NCBI GenBank assembly: GCA_964534175.1
Contig: CAZHNS010000003.1
Coordinates: forward strand, 63,939-127,938
DNA: 64,000 nt
Source: an uncultured bacterium
Lineage (GTDB): Bacteria; Hydrothermota; UBA3072
Direction of reading: 5' to 3'
Both the position numbers and the translations under genes were made by a program. This document shows positions 54,812-64,000 of this stretch, one piece after another. Numbering within the stretch: position 1 is the first letter of the stretch; every line of letters starts with the position of its first letter. The notes below the pieces were generated by a model, which was given only the letters and a program-made list of their open reading frames with translations, searched no databases and was not told the DNA's origin.

Positions 54812-56266
54812 ATGAGTGAAAGTAAGGTTCCTGTAAGATTAAGGATAGCGCCTTCGCCGACCGGATATTTGCATTTGGGTACGGCAAGGACAGCTCTTTT
54901 CAACTATCTTTTTGCCCGCGCAAATGGGGGGAAGTTCCTTCTTCGAATTGAAGATACGGATTTAAAAAGGTCGAGCGATTCTATGGTTAAATCTATTGTT
55001 GAGGGGCTTAAGTGGCTTGGTTTTAAATGGGATGAAGAAATTTTATTTCAATCTGACCATTTCAAGGAGTACCGAGAGAAAGCCATTGATTTATATAATA
55101 AAGGCCTTGCCTACTGGTGTTACTGTAACCATGAGGAAATAAAAGAAAGAAAAAATAAATATTTGAAGTCAAAAAAAAGATGGATGTATGATAGAAGATG
55201 CTATAATCTATCGGAAGAGGAAAAAGAAAAATTTGAGAAAGAGGGAAGGCCCAAAGCGCTGCGTTTTTTGGTCGAGGAAGGCACCACAGCTTTCAATGAT
55301 TTAATTCATGGCGAAATAAAAAGAGAAAATTCGGAAATAGAGGATTTTGTATTGATTAAGTCTGATAATTCTCCGGCGTATAACTTAGCCGTGGTTGTTG
55401 ATGATCACCGAATGAACATAAGTCACATCTTAAGGGGTGATGACCATATTTCCAATACTCCGAAACAAATTTTATTATACAAAGCTTTCAAATGGAATAT
55501 TCCTGAATTTGGGCATATGCCTTTGATACTTAGTAAGGACAAAACAAAACTTTCCAAAAGAAAAGATGCGGTTGATATCTTCGATTATAAAAAAGAAGGT
55601 TTTTTCCCGGAAGGGATGATAAATTGCCTTGTTCTTCTCGGTTGGTCTCCTAAAACAGAAGAAGAAATATTTTCTCTTGTAGAATTGGAAAAGATTTTTA
55701 CACTTGAGAATGTTCATATGACTCCCGCCGTTTTTGATAGAGAAAAGCTCGAATGGATAAACGGCGAGTGGCTAAGGAAATTGAACAGAGATGAAGTTGT
55801 AGTCAGGCTTAAGACTTATTTAAAGGAAAATGAATTCGAGGTGGACGATTCCAATTATCTTGCTCGTATCATTGAGGCGATGGGGAATAGGGCTAATAAA
55901 TTAAAAGATTTTATAGAAATTGGAAGGTATTTTTTTACAGATGATTTTACTTATGATGAGAAAGGATTAAAAAAGCGAATTTATCCTGGCGTAGAAGACA
56001 GGTTAAAGAAGTTAATAGTAAAATTTAAGAGTTTGGATTCTTTTGATAAAGAAAATATGGAAAATGCTTTACGGGAGCTTTCTAATGAGTTCGGATGCAA
56101 AGCGGGAGAACTTATACATCCTGTGCGGCTTGGGGTTAGCGGAATGACTTTTGGCCCTGGCTTATTTGAACTTTTGGAGGTTCTGGGTAAAGAAAAGGTT
56201 ATTGAAAGATTGGAAAGATTCGTTTCTTATATTGAAAACGGAGATATAGCTAAAATTGATAAATAG
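54812..56266 (+). CDS. gltX: Glutamyl-tRNA synthetase
   Basis: HIGH motif PSPTGYLHLG; KMSKS-type TKLSKRK. Confidence 0.9.
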   Translation: MSESKVPVRLRIAPSPTGYLHLGTARTALFNYLFARANGGKFLLRIEDTDLKRSSDSMVKSIVEGLKWLGFKWDEEILFQSDHFKEYREKAIDLYNKGLAYWCYCNHEEIKERKNKYLKSKKRWMYDRRCYNLSEEEKEKFEKEGRPKALRFLVEEGTTAFNDLIHGEIKRENSEIEDFVLIKSDNSPAYNLAVVVDDHRMNISHILRGDDHISNTPKQILLYKAFKWNIPEFGHMPLILSKDKTKLSKRKDAVDIFDYKKEGFFPEGMINCLVLLGWSPKTEEEIFSLVELEKIFTLENVHMTPAVFDREKLEWINGEWLRKLNRDEVVVRLKTYLKENEFEVDDSNYLARIIEAMGNRANKLKDFIEIGRYFFTDDFTYDEKGLKKRIYPGVEDRLKKLIVKFKSLDSFDKENMENALRELSNEFGCKAGELIHPVRLGVSGMTFGPGLFELLEVLGKEKVIERLERFVSYIENGDIAKIDK

Positions 56267-56305
56267 AATTGTATATGTAGAACCAGGCTAGGCAACACCG
56301 CTACA

Positions 56306-56485
56306 ATTTAAAAATTAAATATTAAAATGAAAAATGACAAATCAAAGTTCAAAATGAATAAAAAAACAGAGAAACAACTAATCACACGAATAATACAAAT
56401 ATTTTTTTTGTGGTTAGGGTAGGGGTATGATTTTGCATTTTTATATGTCATTTTGCTTTTTGAATTTTGATATTTGATTTACTAA
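56306..56485. repeat. AT-rich imperfect palindromic dispersed element, copy 3 (family B), ~80 nt upstream of ppiD-like gene
   Basis: aaaaattaaatattaaaatgaaaaatgacaaatcaaagttcaaaatgaata...gattttgcatttttatatgtcattttgctttttgaattttgatattt; variable centre contains gtggttagggtaggg. Confidence 0.65.
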
Positions 56486-56567
56486 TAGAAAGCTGTATAA
56501 TTAAAGAAGATTTTTTTTGCAAAAAAACAAAAAGTTGATTGATAATACTGTAAGGAGGTAAGTGGTT

Positions 56568-58295
56568 ATGTTAATGGAAAAAGTTAGATCGGTAACCAAG
56601 TATTTTATGTGGTTTGCTGCGTTGGCTTTTGTTTTTTCTATGGCAATCGGGTTTGGCACGAATATTTTTTGGAAAAGCGGTCAAAAAGATGAAAATGTTA
56701 TCGCAAAAGTAAATAGGGAAACCATTACAATCAAAGAATATGGTGAAGCTTTAAGAAGTAGACTTCAAAGTATAAGCGGTTCTCTGGGATCGGATCCTAT
56801 AAAAGAGAGGCAGATGTCTGAAGCAGTTATAAATCAATTGATAACGGATAAAATAATTGAAGACCTGCTTCGAAAGAGACAAATATCTGTTTCTGAAGAT
56901 CAATTAATAAATATAATCAGGGAAAACCCGCCTCCGGAAATTATGCAGAATCCGGATTTTTGGATGGGTGGTCAGTTTGATTACGATAAGTATTTCGAAT
57001 TACTTAGAGACCCGCGCGCCAGTGAGTTTATCAGAACTTATGCATATCAGATAATGGAAAATTTACCTATGAGTATATTACGCGGAGAGATTTCCTCCAT
57101 GGCTAGAGTTACCAGTGGGGAAGCTATTGAGGAATTGTTTAAGGACTCGGTTAAGGTTAGAATCGAGTATATAAAATTACCTCTGGAAGAATGGAAATCC
57201 GAAGAAACTTCTATGTCTGAAGAAGATTTTTATGCGGAACACAGTGAAATGTTTAGAAGGAATTACCTTATTAAGTTAGGTTATGTTTCTTTCCCCATCT
57301 CTATAGACGAAGAAATGATTCAAATAAGGAAGGAAGATGCTGATGAAGTTTTGGAAAGAGCCAAAACCGACTCTTTTGATTTGTTAGTAAGACATTATTC
57401 CTATTTTCCGGACAACAGAGCTCTTTTGAATGGTTGGGTTAAAGTTAAGAATTTGAGCCATGTTTTTGCATCCACTTTAGCCGGATTACGCGAAGGGAAA
57501 ATATCCAGACCTATTAAAACTGTTGAAGGTTTTCATATTTTAAAGCTTGAGGATAGAAAAAGAGACTCTGTTAAGGTTAAGGAAATTTTTCTTCCCGTGT
57601 TTCCTTCGTTTGAGAGTTTCCAGAAAAGCGAATCTGAAGCCTGGAAATTGGTAAAGAAACTTCGGTCTGATTCCGCCTTTAGTCTTACTGAAGAATATGA
57701 TCCTCAGTATATTTCTCTCGGTAAAGGTGATTTTCCTGATATCCCGGTAAATTTCGGAACATTCCTTGTTGATCCTAAAGAGGGTAATGTTTCCTATCCG
57801 CTTATAGGTGAAGAGGCTTTTTATGTTTTTTGGGTGGAGGAGAAAGAAGAGGGTATACCACCGCTTTCTGATATAAAAGAGGAGGTTCGGGATTCTCTTA
57901 TAGTTTATGAAGCGGGGAAAAGGGCTAAGAATTATGCTCTTGGTAAATTTTCCGGAGAAAATTTACCCCGTAGTCCCGAGAAAGGCAAATGGAATAGAAC
58001 CTCTTACTTTACGTTAGCAACCCATGATAAATTCAATATTCCGGAGAAGATTGCTTATTTAGCTCTTAATATCAGAAAAAACACGGTTTTACCTCCGGTT
58101 AGGGCAGGAGATTATGTTTATGTAATCAAACAAATAGATTTTAAAATGCCCAAGGATGAAGAGCTCAGGAATATTATAAATAGTATTGCCGTGGAGCTGC
58201 AAAGAGTGAAAGATATCTCTTATTTTCAGAGGTGGTTTTATCATAAAAGAAAGGAATATGATATCAAGGATATGAGAGAAAGATTGTATGAATAG
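56568..58295 (+). CDS. PpiD/SurA-family periplasmic chaperone peptidyl-prolyl isomerase (N-terminal TM anchor)
   Basis: N-terminal TM then SurA_N-like region and parvulin-like block (ISRPIKTVEGFHILKLE); ATG 56568 preferred over GTG 56562 by RBS spacing. Confidence 0.65.
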   Translation: MLMEKVRSVTKYFMWFAALAFVFSMAIGFGTNIFWKSGQKDENVIAKVNRETITIKEYGEALRSRLQSISGSLGSDPIKERQMSEAVINQLITDKIIEDLLRKRQISVSEDQLINIIRENPPPEIMQNPDFWMGGQFDYDKYFELLRDPRASEFIRTYAYQIMENLPMSILRGEISSMARVTSGEAIEELFKDSVKVRIEYIKLPLEEWKSEETSMSEEDFYAEHSEMFRRNYLIKLGYVSFPISIDEEMIQIRKEDADEVLERAKTDSFDLLVRHYSYFPDNRALLNGWVKVKNLSHVFASTLAGLREGKISRPIKTVEGFHILKLEDRKRDSVKVKEIFLPVFPSFESFQKSESEAWKLVKKLRSDSAFSLTEEYDPQYISLGKGDFPDIPVNFGTFLVDPKEGNVSYPLIGEEAFYVFWVEEKEEGIPPLSDIKEEVRDSLIVYEAGKRAKNYALGKFSGENLPRSPEKGKWNRTSYFTLATHDKFNIPEKIAYLALNIRKNTVLPPVRAGDYVYVIKQIDFKMPKDEELRNIINSIAVELQRVKDISYFQRWFYHKRKEYDIKDMRERLYE

Positions 58296-58824
58296 AAGCA
58301 GCTATCGGCTAACAGCTGACGGCTTTCGGCTTAGTAAAATTTTGGATTTTTTGCGTTGGGCTGTTTTATTAATGCCTGCGTTAATTATGTCTTTTCTATC
58401 CTGTGTTTATACTTTCAGAGAAAGTTCTTTTGGCGGCACTTTATCTATATTGTCTTTGGAAAATAAGACACAGAGCGCAGATATTGGCAGAATATTAACC
58501 GAGGGTTTGATAGATGCATTTATCAGCGATGGTAGAGTAAAACTGGAAACAGGGTCCGAGGGGGATTACCTTCTGGATGGGATAATTAATGCTTACGAAA
58601 GGAGTCCGGAATCGTACACGCCGGATGGTGAAGTCGAAAAATACCGTTTGTCGGTAAGTGCGGATTTTTTCCTTAAGAAAAAAGATAAAGAAAAGAATGA
58701 ATGGGATAAAGTTATTAATGAATCGTTTATTTATTCATCTGATTTTGATGAATTAGATGCAGTTGATTCCGTGGCCACCAAGGTTAAAAACTCCTTACTT
58801 CGTTTGATGCTGGAAGATTGGTAA
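58288..58824 (+). CDS. Hypothetical lipoprotein (possibly LptE-like)
   Basis: Lipobox FLSC after hydrophobic segment; ~180 aa; overlaps ppiD-like stop by 8 nt; family assignment weak. Confidence 0.3.
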   Translation: MNRSSYRLTADGFRLSKILDFLRWAVLLMPALIMSFLSCVYTFRESSFGGTLSILSLENKTQSADIGRILTEGLIDAFISDGRVKLETGSEGDYLLDGIINAYERSPESYTPDGEVEKYRLSVSADFFLKKKDKEKNEWDKVINESFIYSSDFDELDAVDSVATKVKNSLLRLMLEDW

Positions 58825-58830
58825 ATTAAT

Positions 58831-58868
58831 TTAGTTGATTAGTCGATTAGTTGATTGGTTAATTAGTG
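58831..58868 (+). repeat. 8-bp periodic GATTAG/ATTGG array 7 nt after stop of the 58288-58824 gene
   Basis: ttagttga ttagtcga ttagttga ttggttaa ttagtg. Confidence 0.6.
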
Positions 58869-58982
58869 TAGAATAGAATAAATTAATAGGGTAGAGGCAA
58901 CTACGAAACTATTTAACAACTTAACAACTTAACTTTTTTTTCGACTAAAGTCTAAAAACAATGTAAGCGGGATGCGGTTTTG

Positions 58983-60077
58983 TCACCTCTTTGGTATAAA
59001 GATTGTGAACATTGAACCTTTGTTTTCCTTGCTTTCTACTTCGATCCACCCGCCCATTTCTTTTACCGAGTTATAAACGAAATAAAGGCCAAGACCGGTT
59101 CCCCCATTTCCTGATTTTGTTGTGAAGAAAAGTTCGAAAATTTTATCTTTAACTACTTTACTCATACCGCAGCCTGTATCTGAAATGGAAATCGAAACAT
59201 AATCTTTTTCTTTTTCATCTTTTTCGGGACGCAGAACATTTTTTACTTCTACTTTTATCTCTCCTTTATCAGAAATAGCATCTTTTGCGTTTATAATAAG
59301 ATTAAGTAAAATTTGGTGAAGTTGATCCTGATCCCCTAAGATTTTAGCCCCAGAGTCGAGATAGTTTGCTGTAATTTTTATTTTCTTCGGTAGTATCTGT
59401 CTGGAGAAATTCGCCACACCTTTTACTATTTCATTCACGTCGAACAAGCTTTTTTCCTCCCTGATTTTTCTTATATTGGAGAGTAAACTTTTAAGAAGAG
59501 ACCTTATCTTTTGAGCTCCTTCCATAGCTGTACTAATATCTTCTAAAACTTTTACGTCTTTTGAGTTGCTTTCTGCTGCACTAAGCCCGCACATTACTTC
59601 CATCAGAAGGTTATTTGCTTCGTGGGATACTCTACCTATTAGTTGACCAACAGTTGCGAGTCTTCTTGTCTCGAGCATTTTTTTCTGTAAGAGTTCTATC
59701 CGTGAGATGTCTTTTGCCATTGAAAGTCCTCTTAAAGGAGCAGCAGAACTTAAAAGAAAAGAGACCCATTCATATATTTTTTCCTCAGTAGTTTCGGATT
59801 TTAGTTCGGTGCGCTGGATTATGGTTGGCGGTTCCTTTTTTGAGTTGGAATTTCCATTTTCTTCTTCGCCGTTTTCTTTATCTTCAGCGACAAAAGAACC
59901 GAGACTTTTGCTTATTTCTTTCATCAAGGGAGGACCGAGAAGTTTGGATATATCTTTCCCAAACTCATTTTCGGCTCTAGAGTTCCAGTAAACTATTTTA
60001 AAATTTCTATCCCATCCTACGACAGGTATTGGGATGAAATCCAGGACAATTGAGATATCTTTTTTTAAATTTATCAT
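58983..60077 (-). CDS. Cytoplasmic PAS-domain sensor histidine kinase
   Basis: N-terminal PAS-like (IPVVGWDRNFKIVYWNSRAE), H-box RVSHEANN, HATPase G-boxes DTGCGM / GTGLGLY. Confidence 0.75.
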   Translation of the reverse strand: MINLKKDISIVLDFIPIPVVGWDRNFKIVYWNSRAENEFGKDISKLLGPPLMKEISKSLGSFVAEDKENGEEENGNSNSKKEPPTIIQRTELKSETTEEKIYEWVSFLLSSAAPLRGLSMAKDISRIELLQKKMLETRRLATVGQLIGRVSHEANNLLMEVMCGLSAAESNSKDVKVLEDISTAMEGAQKIRSLLKSLLSNIRKIREEKSLFDVNEIVKGVANFSRQILPKKIKITANYLDSGAKILGDQDQLHQILLNLIINAKDAISDKGEIKVEVKNVLRPEKDEKEKDYVSISISDTGCGMSKVVKDKIFELFFTTKSGNGGTGLGLYFVYNSVKEMGGWIEVESKENKGSMFTIFIPKR

Positions 60078-60157
60078 AATATCATATTCTTAAAAATAAA
60101 AGGTGGAGCGTAGCGGATTACCACGCTCTCTATTTTACCTTTTAAGGTTTTATTTGT

Positions 60158-60355
60158 TTACTTCCAACCTTCTATCTCAAGATGAGAAATCGCCTTATGG
60201 GAGACAAAAACCGATCTATTATTTGCCATCGGTGTGTCAACTTTCAGAAACAGTCCTCTGTCATTTCTGCCCGTTACTTCGCCCTGAAACTTTGAGCCGT
60301 CCACCGTTACAATTTTGATCAGCCTTTTTGTTCTTTTGGTTGTCTGAGTGTCCAT
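60158..60355 (-). CDS. hfq: Hfq-like (Sm-fold) RNA chaperone, short form
   Basis: Sm1-like IKIVTVDGSKFQGEV...GLFLK and Sm2 HKAIS motif (compare E. coli [26 protein letters not shown]...YKHAIS); canonical N-terminal helix replaced. Confidence 0.55.
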   Translation of the reverse strand: MDTQTTKRTKRLIKIVTVDGSKFQGEVTGRNDRGLFLKVDTPMANNRSVFVSHKAISHLEIEGWK

Positions 60356-60410
60356 TATTCCTCCTTTACTTTAATGTTTAAATTACTCATTCAAATATTC
60401 ATTTAAGGTG

Positions 60411-60554
60411 TTAGCACCCGCCAACAGGTGGACCGTCAGGTCCTCCACAAAGTACTACTTCTCCAACATTCTGGGCGACGTCAACTTTAGTAGTTTTCTT
60501 ATTTATTGAATTTATGAAACTTAGTAAAATTAATAATATATTCAAACTTACCAT
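60411..60554 (-). CDS. Small ORF (47 aa) not in ORF track: hydrophobic N-terminus plus C-terminal CGGPDGPPVGGC
   Basis: ATG 7 nt downstream of AAAGGAGG RBS (rc of 60561-60568); MVSLNILLILLSFINSINKKTTKVDVAQNVGEVVLCGGPDGPPVGGC*. Confidence 0.3.
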   Translation of the reverse strand: MVSLNILLILLSFINSINKKTTKVDVAQNVGEVVLCGGPDGPPVGGC

Positions 60555-61111
60555 CAAAAACCTCCTTTAATTACTTATATAAATGCAATAATCATTCCAG
60601 AATTTAAGTTAATGGCAATCAAGTATTTAACTAAATTGGGTCTATGAGTATGTGACATTTATGTCGCAACCAATTAAGCGTATTGTTTGTTGAGCCTTGC
60701 AAATTAAGAATTGTTTTTGTGGCAGAAATGTCACTTAGGAGACAAAAATGTCACAAAAAGTCTATTTTGTTAGTAATTGCAAAGGTGTAAGGGAAATAGG
60801 GCGAAGATTGACCCGGATTTGACGTGATTTTTTCTTTTTTCTAAGGGGTTGTGAGATTAGCCGTCTCTAGAGTTCTTTGCGGGCTTGCTTCTCGCAATGT
60901 TGTTGTGATTAGGTTTTGTATGTTATAGATGAAAAAATAAGTTTTCATCTATTTCTGTTATCTGTATTTTTTATTATAATTTAACCTGCGAACAGACCAA
61001 CGATTTGTGTTATCTATGTTTAATCTTTTTTCTTTTTAATATGTATTTTGCGCTGTAATAAGGTTTATTGTTTTTTTTGCAAGTGGTTTTTCTGGGCGAT
61101 TTTTTCTTTTT

Positions 61112-64000
61112 TCAAAGAACGGTTTTTTGTCTCTTTATATCATGTTCTTTAATTAGACGGTATAAGTGTCTTCGGGAGATCTTGAGAGTTTTTGCCGCTT
61201 CGGTCACGTTGCCTCCGCTATCCTGAAGAGCTTCTATTATGGTTTCTTTTTTCCATGTTGTTTTTATTTTATCCCAGCTGGGAGTCTCTGCTTTTTTCTT
61301 TTTTCTCATTTCTTCGGGAAGGTCTTTTTGGTTTATGTAATTTCCTTTACATCTAATGAGTGAAATTTCCACGATATTTTTGAGCTCTCGTATATTTCCC
61401 GGAAAAGGATAATTTCTTAAAATTCTCATGGCATTCTCGTCAAAACCCTCTATCTTTTTTTCTTTTTTTCCGGAGAAAATCTTTAAATAATGTTTAAGCA
61501 GAAGAGTTACATCTATTTTCCGTTCACGGAGAGGCGGTATAGTTATATTTATCTGATTCAACCTGTATAAAAGGTCTTCTCTAAATTCCCGCAGCATCGC
61601 AGCCTGTTCAATGTCTCTGTTAGTTGCGGATATTATACGGACGTCCACTTTTTTGCTTTCGGTTTCTCCCACCCTTCTGATTTCTCCCCTGTCGGTAACC
61701 CGGAGAAGTCCCGCTTGTATGGAGTGAGGTGCGTCTCCGATTTCATCCAGGAAGAGAGTCCCGCCGTTTGCTTCTTCGAACATACCTTTTTTATCCTTTA
61801 TTGCTCCGGTGAATGAACCTTTTTTATGTCCGAATAATTCGCTCTGAAGGAGAGTTTCTGTAAGAGAACTGCAGTCCACCGTTATGAAGGGTCTATTGTT
61901 CCTCTTGCTCAATTTGTGAATAGTTCTGGCAACGAGTTCTTTTCCGGTTCCTGTTTCGCCCATAATTAGAACATTTACGTCAGTTTCTGCAATTTCTTCT
62001 ATTGTTCTGTAAATCTTCTGCATTTGTTCCGAGATGCCTATTATAGAATAAAAAGATTCGGGAGGAGAAGTCATCCGTTTTAGCTGTTTCACCTCTTCTC
62101 TCATTTTGTAAAGAAGATCGCCCTTCGAGAAAAGAACGCCCAGAATTCTTCCTATAGATTGCAGGAATTCCTTGTCCGAAGGTAAAAATATGTCCTTTTT
62201 TATGGTAGAATCCAGGTAAAGAACACCGTAAATTTCCTCTTCAGAAGTTATAGGAACGCATAGAATGGATCGAATTTTATTTCTCTGTATCGAATCCATC
62301 TCCAAAAATCTCGAGTCCTGAAAAGCATCTGCTGCGATTATTACCTCTCCTTTCGCGGCTTTTTTGGTTATTGTCGAGGATATTCTTCTTGCGTCTTCAA
62401 GAGTCGCATCATCGATGTTGTGAGAGGATACTATAATATTTCTTTCTTCTTCTTTTAGTATTATTGCGCCTCTTTCTGCTTTGAAAAAGTTTGTAAGCAC
62501 GGATAGAGCTTCATCGAACCTTTTCTCGGAGTCTATCGAGGAAAGAAGTTTACTTATTTCATCATAAGTGTGTATGTATCCGCTTCTAAGAGATGTTTTT
62601 TTTGCGCATTCCACAAAAAGGTCTCTCGTTTTTTCGAGAAAAAGAGCTGATTTTAATTCTTTGAATGTAATCTCGCTCTTTTTTAACTCTTCGATTGCTT
62701 CCTCGATTTTGTTTTCTCCTAAAAGGATTTTAGACTTATTAAGTCTTGCTCGTGCGGTGTAAAAAGGAAGACCTGTTCTAGTAAAAAGTCGAATAGCTTC
62801 ATTTACGGATTTAATATCTTCGCTAATAAGGCCCCAGGAAGAGAGTAATTTTCCCTTTTCAAAGTCTGATTGAATCGATTTGATTTTTTCTTTGTGAGGC
62901 TTTAAAACAGTTACAGCTTCTTCTTTTTTGCCCTGTGTGAGCAAAACTTCCGAAAGCCGCCAGGCAATATCTCTTTCTCTTCTGGGATCGTCTTTTGACT
63001 TTTTAATAAATTTTTTGAAAATTTCTTCCGCTTTTTCCCACTCGCCTTTAAAAGCAAAAAGTATGCCTTCCCCTTCTTCAAGGTTGTATTTTTCATCATT
63101 TAATTCACGTTTTATTTTCTCAGCCTCTTCCAAATTTCCTATAAAAAGCTTACTGAAAAAATATCTTTCCTTTAATGTTGGAGACAATTTCCCGTATCTA
63201 TTTTTAAAGTCTTCTATTCTTTCCTGTAGTTTTTCCCAATAGCCAATTCTCAAATAGACGATAGAAAGATTTGCTAGACAATGGTATTCAAAGTTTCCGA
63301 TTTTAAGTTTTTTGAACAAAGAAAGAGCTTCTTCTAATTCTTCTAAAGCCTCTTTGTATTTATCAAGTAAGAGAAGAGAAATCCCTTTGTAATTTGTAAA
63401 TGTTCCCTCATGCATGAGGTCTTTCTCTTCCTTTGCAATATCTATACATTTCTGGAAGTATTGGATTGCTTCTTTATGTTCTTCGTTTTGCTGTTTTGCT
63501 ATACCACCGAGAGTCAAAAAATGTTTTTTCATTTCAGGTGTAAGGTCTTTGGCTAGTTCTTCTTCGACGATTTTTAAAGTTTTTTCAAACTCTCCTTTGG
63601 TGCATAAAAGCCTGCCCTTGATAAACTTAAGTCGTAAAGGAAGTTGTCCTTCCGTCTTTTTAAAACCGGATAGGATTTTAGAGATTTCTTTTGTTTCCCC
63701 CTTTCTGATTAAAAGATATCCCAGGTGATAGATAGCCTGTTCTTTTGCTTTGCCTTTCGAAATTTTAACGGCTTTTCTGAAATATTTCTCGGCTTTTTCT
63801 TTATTCCCGGTTCTATCTTCTATCGTCCCCAATTTCAAAAGATAAAAGGGTTTTTCTTCCTTAGAGAGAAGTTCTTTATAAATAGATAATGACTCGTTAA
63901 TATTTCCGGTGCTCTCGAGAAGCCTTGCAAGAATAATACGATTATTCTTGTTATCCTGTAAGGAAAGAGCTTCTTTTAGGAATTTAATCGCCCCAGGATA
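61112..64000 (-). CDS. Sigma54-dependent transcriptional activator with N-terminal TPR repeats and GAF domain; 5' end beyond window
   Basis: AAA+ sigma54-interaction domain ([14 protein letters not shown]-like loop), C-terminal Fis HTH ([19 protein letters not shown]), central GAF, long TPR region; minus-strand frame stays open to 64000. Confidence 0.85.
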   Translation of the reverse strand, partial: YPGAIKFLKEALSLQDNKNNRIILARLLESTGNINESLSIYKELLSKEEKPFYLLKLGTIEDRTGNKEKAEKYFRKAVKISKGKAKEQAIYHLGYLLIRKGETKEISKILSGFKKTEGQLPLRLKFIKGRLLCTKGEFEKTLKIVEEELAKDLTPEMKKHFLTLGGIAKQQNEEHKEAIQYFQKCIDIAKEEKDLMHEGTFTNYKGISLLLLDKYKEALEELEEALSLFKKLKIGNFEYHCLANLSIVYLRIGYWEKLQERIEDFKNRYGKLSPTLKERYFFSKLFIGNLEEAEKIKRELNDEKYNLEEGEGILFAFKGEWEKAEEIFKKFIKKSKDDPRRERDIAWRLSEVLLTQGKKEEAVTVLKPHKEKIKSIQSDFEKGKLLSSWGLISEDIKSVNEAIRLFTRTGLPFYTARARLNKSKILLGENKIEEAIEELKKSEITFKELKSALFLEKTRDLFVECAKKTSLRSGYIHTYDEISKLLSSIDSEKRFDEALSVLTNFFKAERGAIILKEEERNIIVSSHNIDDATLEDARRISSTITKKAAKGEVIIAADAFQDSRFLEMDSIQRNKIRSILCVPITSEEEIYGVLYLDSTIKKDIFLPSDKEFLQSIGRILGVLFSKGDLLYKMREEVKQLKRMTSPPESFYSIIGISEQMQKIYRTIEEIAETDVNVLIMGETGTGKELVARTIHKLSKRNNRPFITVDCSSLTETLLQSELFGHKKGSFTGAIKDKKGMFEEANGGTLFLDEIGDAPHSIQAGLLRVTDRGEIRRVGETESKKVDVRIISATNRDIEQAAMLREFREDLLYRLNQINITIPPLRERKIDVTLLLKHYLKIFSGKKEKKIEGFDENAMRILRNYPFPGNIRELKNIVEISLIRCKGNYINQKDLPEEMRKKKKAETPSWDKIKTTWKKETIIEALQDSGGNVTEAAKTLKISRRHLYRLIKEHDIKRQKTVL

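Noticed and set aside
60806-60830. tmRNA-like 5' string GGCGAAGATTGACCCGGATTTGACG
   Set aside because: No tRNA-like 3' domain (GGTTCGANTCC...CCA) within 300-400 nt on either strand and no tag-peptide reading frame ending in a stop followed by a pseudoknot-like sequence; resemblance is superficial.
1-64000. Sigma54 -24/-12 promoters (TGGCAC-N5-TTGCA)
   Set aside because: Candidates such as TGGCAAtcaagTATTT (60607) or TGGCATtgaccCAAGTG (40643) lack the -12 GC element; none accepted.

Overview
This 64-kb window comes from a low-GC (about 35%) chromosome of what looks like a diderm bacterium. A Lol lipoprotein-export system is present and two secreted proteins carry type-IX-secretion C-terminal sorting domains, pointing to an FCB-group-like or candidate-phylum organism. 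Housekeeping genes are well represented: smc, lolCD, mcsA-mcsB-clpC, parAB, an M23 peptidase, bactofilin, rph, rluD, topA, gltX, a ppiD-like chaperone, an hfq-like gene and a sigma54 activator. The most distinctive locus is a 13-gene plus-strand operon (5672-16331). It encodes an Mrp-antiporter-like membrane module (E,F,G,B',B,C,D,A/L-like) and complex-I-like subunits NuoH,B,C,D. The NuoD-like subunit lacks every [NiFe]-binding cysteine. A NuoI-type 2x[4Fe-4S] ferredoxin is fused to a GltD/NfnB-like FAD/NAD(P)H oxidoreductase. The operon is followed by rex and preceded by a TGTGA-N6-TCACA Rex-type operator overlapping a TTGACA -35 box. This reads as an 'energy-converting hydrogenase-related' (Ehr-type) ion-translocating complex wired to NAD(P)H rather than to H2 or ferredoxin. 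Three families of dispersed non-coding repeats also stand out. One is a 300-370 bp composite hairpin-rich element in 2 copies with compensatory stem changes. One is a 150-180 bp AT-rich imperfect palindromic element in 3 copies, each just upstream of a plus-strand gene. The third is arrays of an 8-bp periodic GTTAG/CTAAC unit at 7 or more loci, mostly right after stop codons or as inverted array pairs. Other accessory-type content includes GH3 beta-glucosidase, Fe-ADH, an MFS transporter, an 876-aa protein with 13 tandem ~50-aa repeats and a T9SS tail, and a beta-propeller lipoprotein gene with an internal ~55% GC mosaic patch. A duplicated hydrolase 3' remnant sits next to that lipoprotein gene. 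No CRISPR array, tRNA or rRNA gene, or clear transposase gene was seen.
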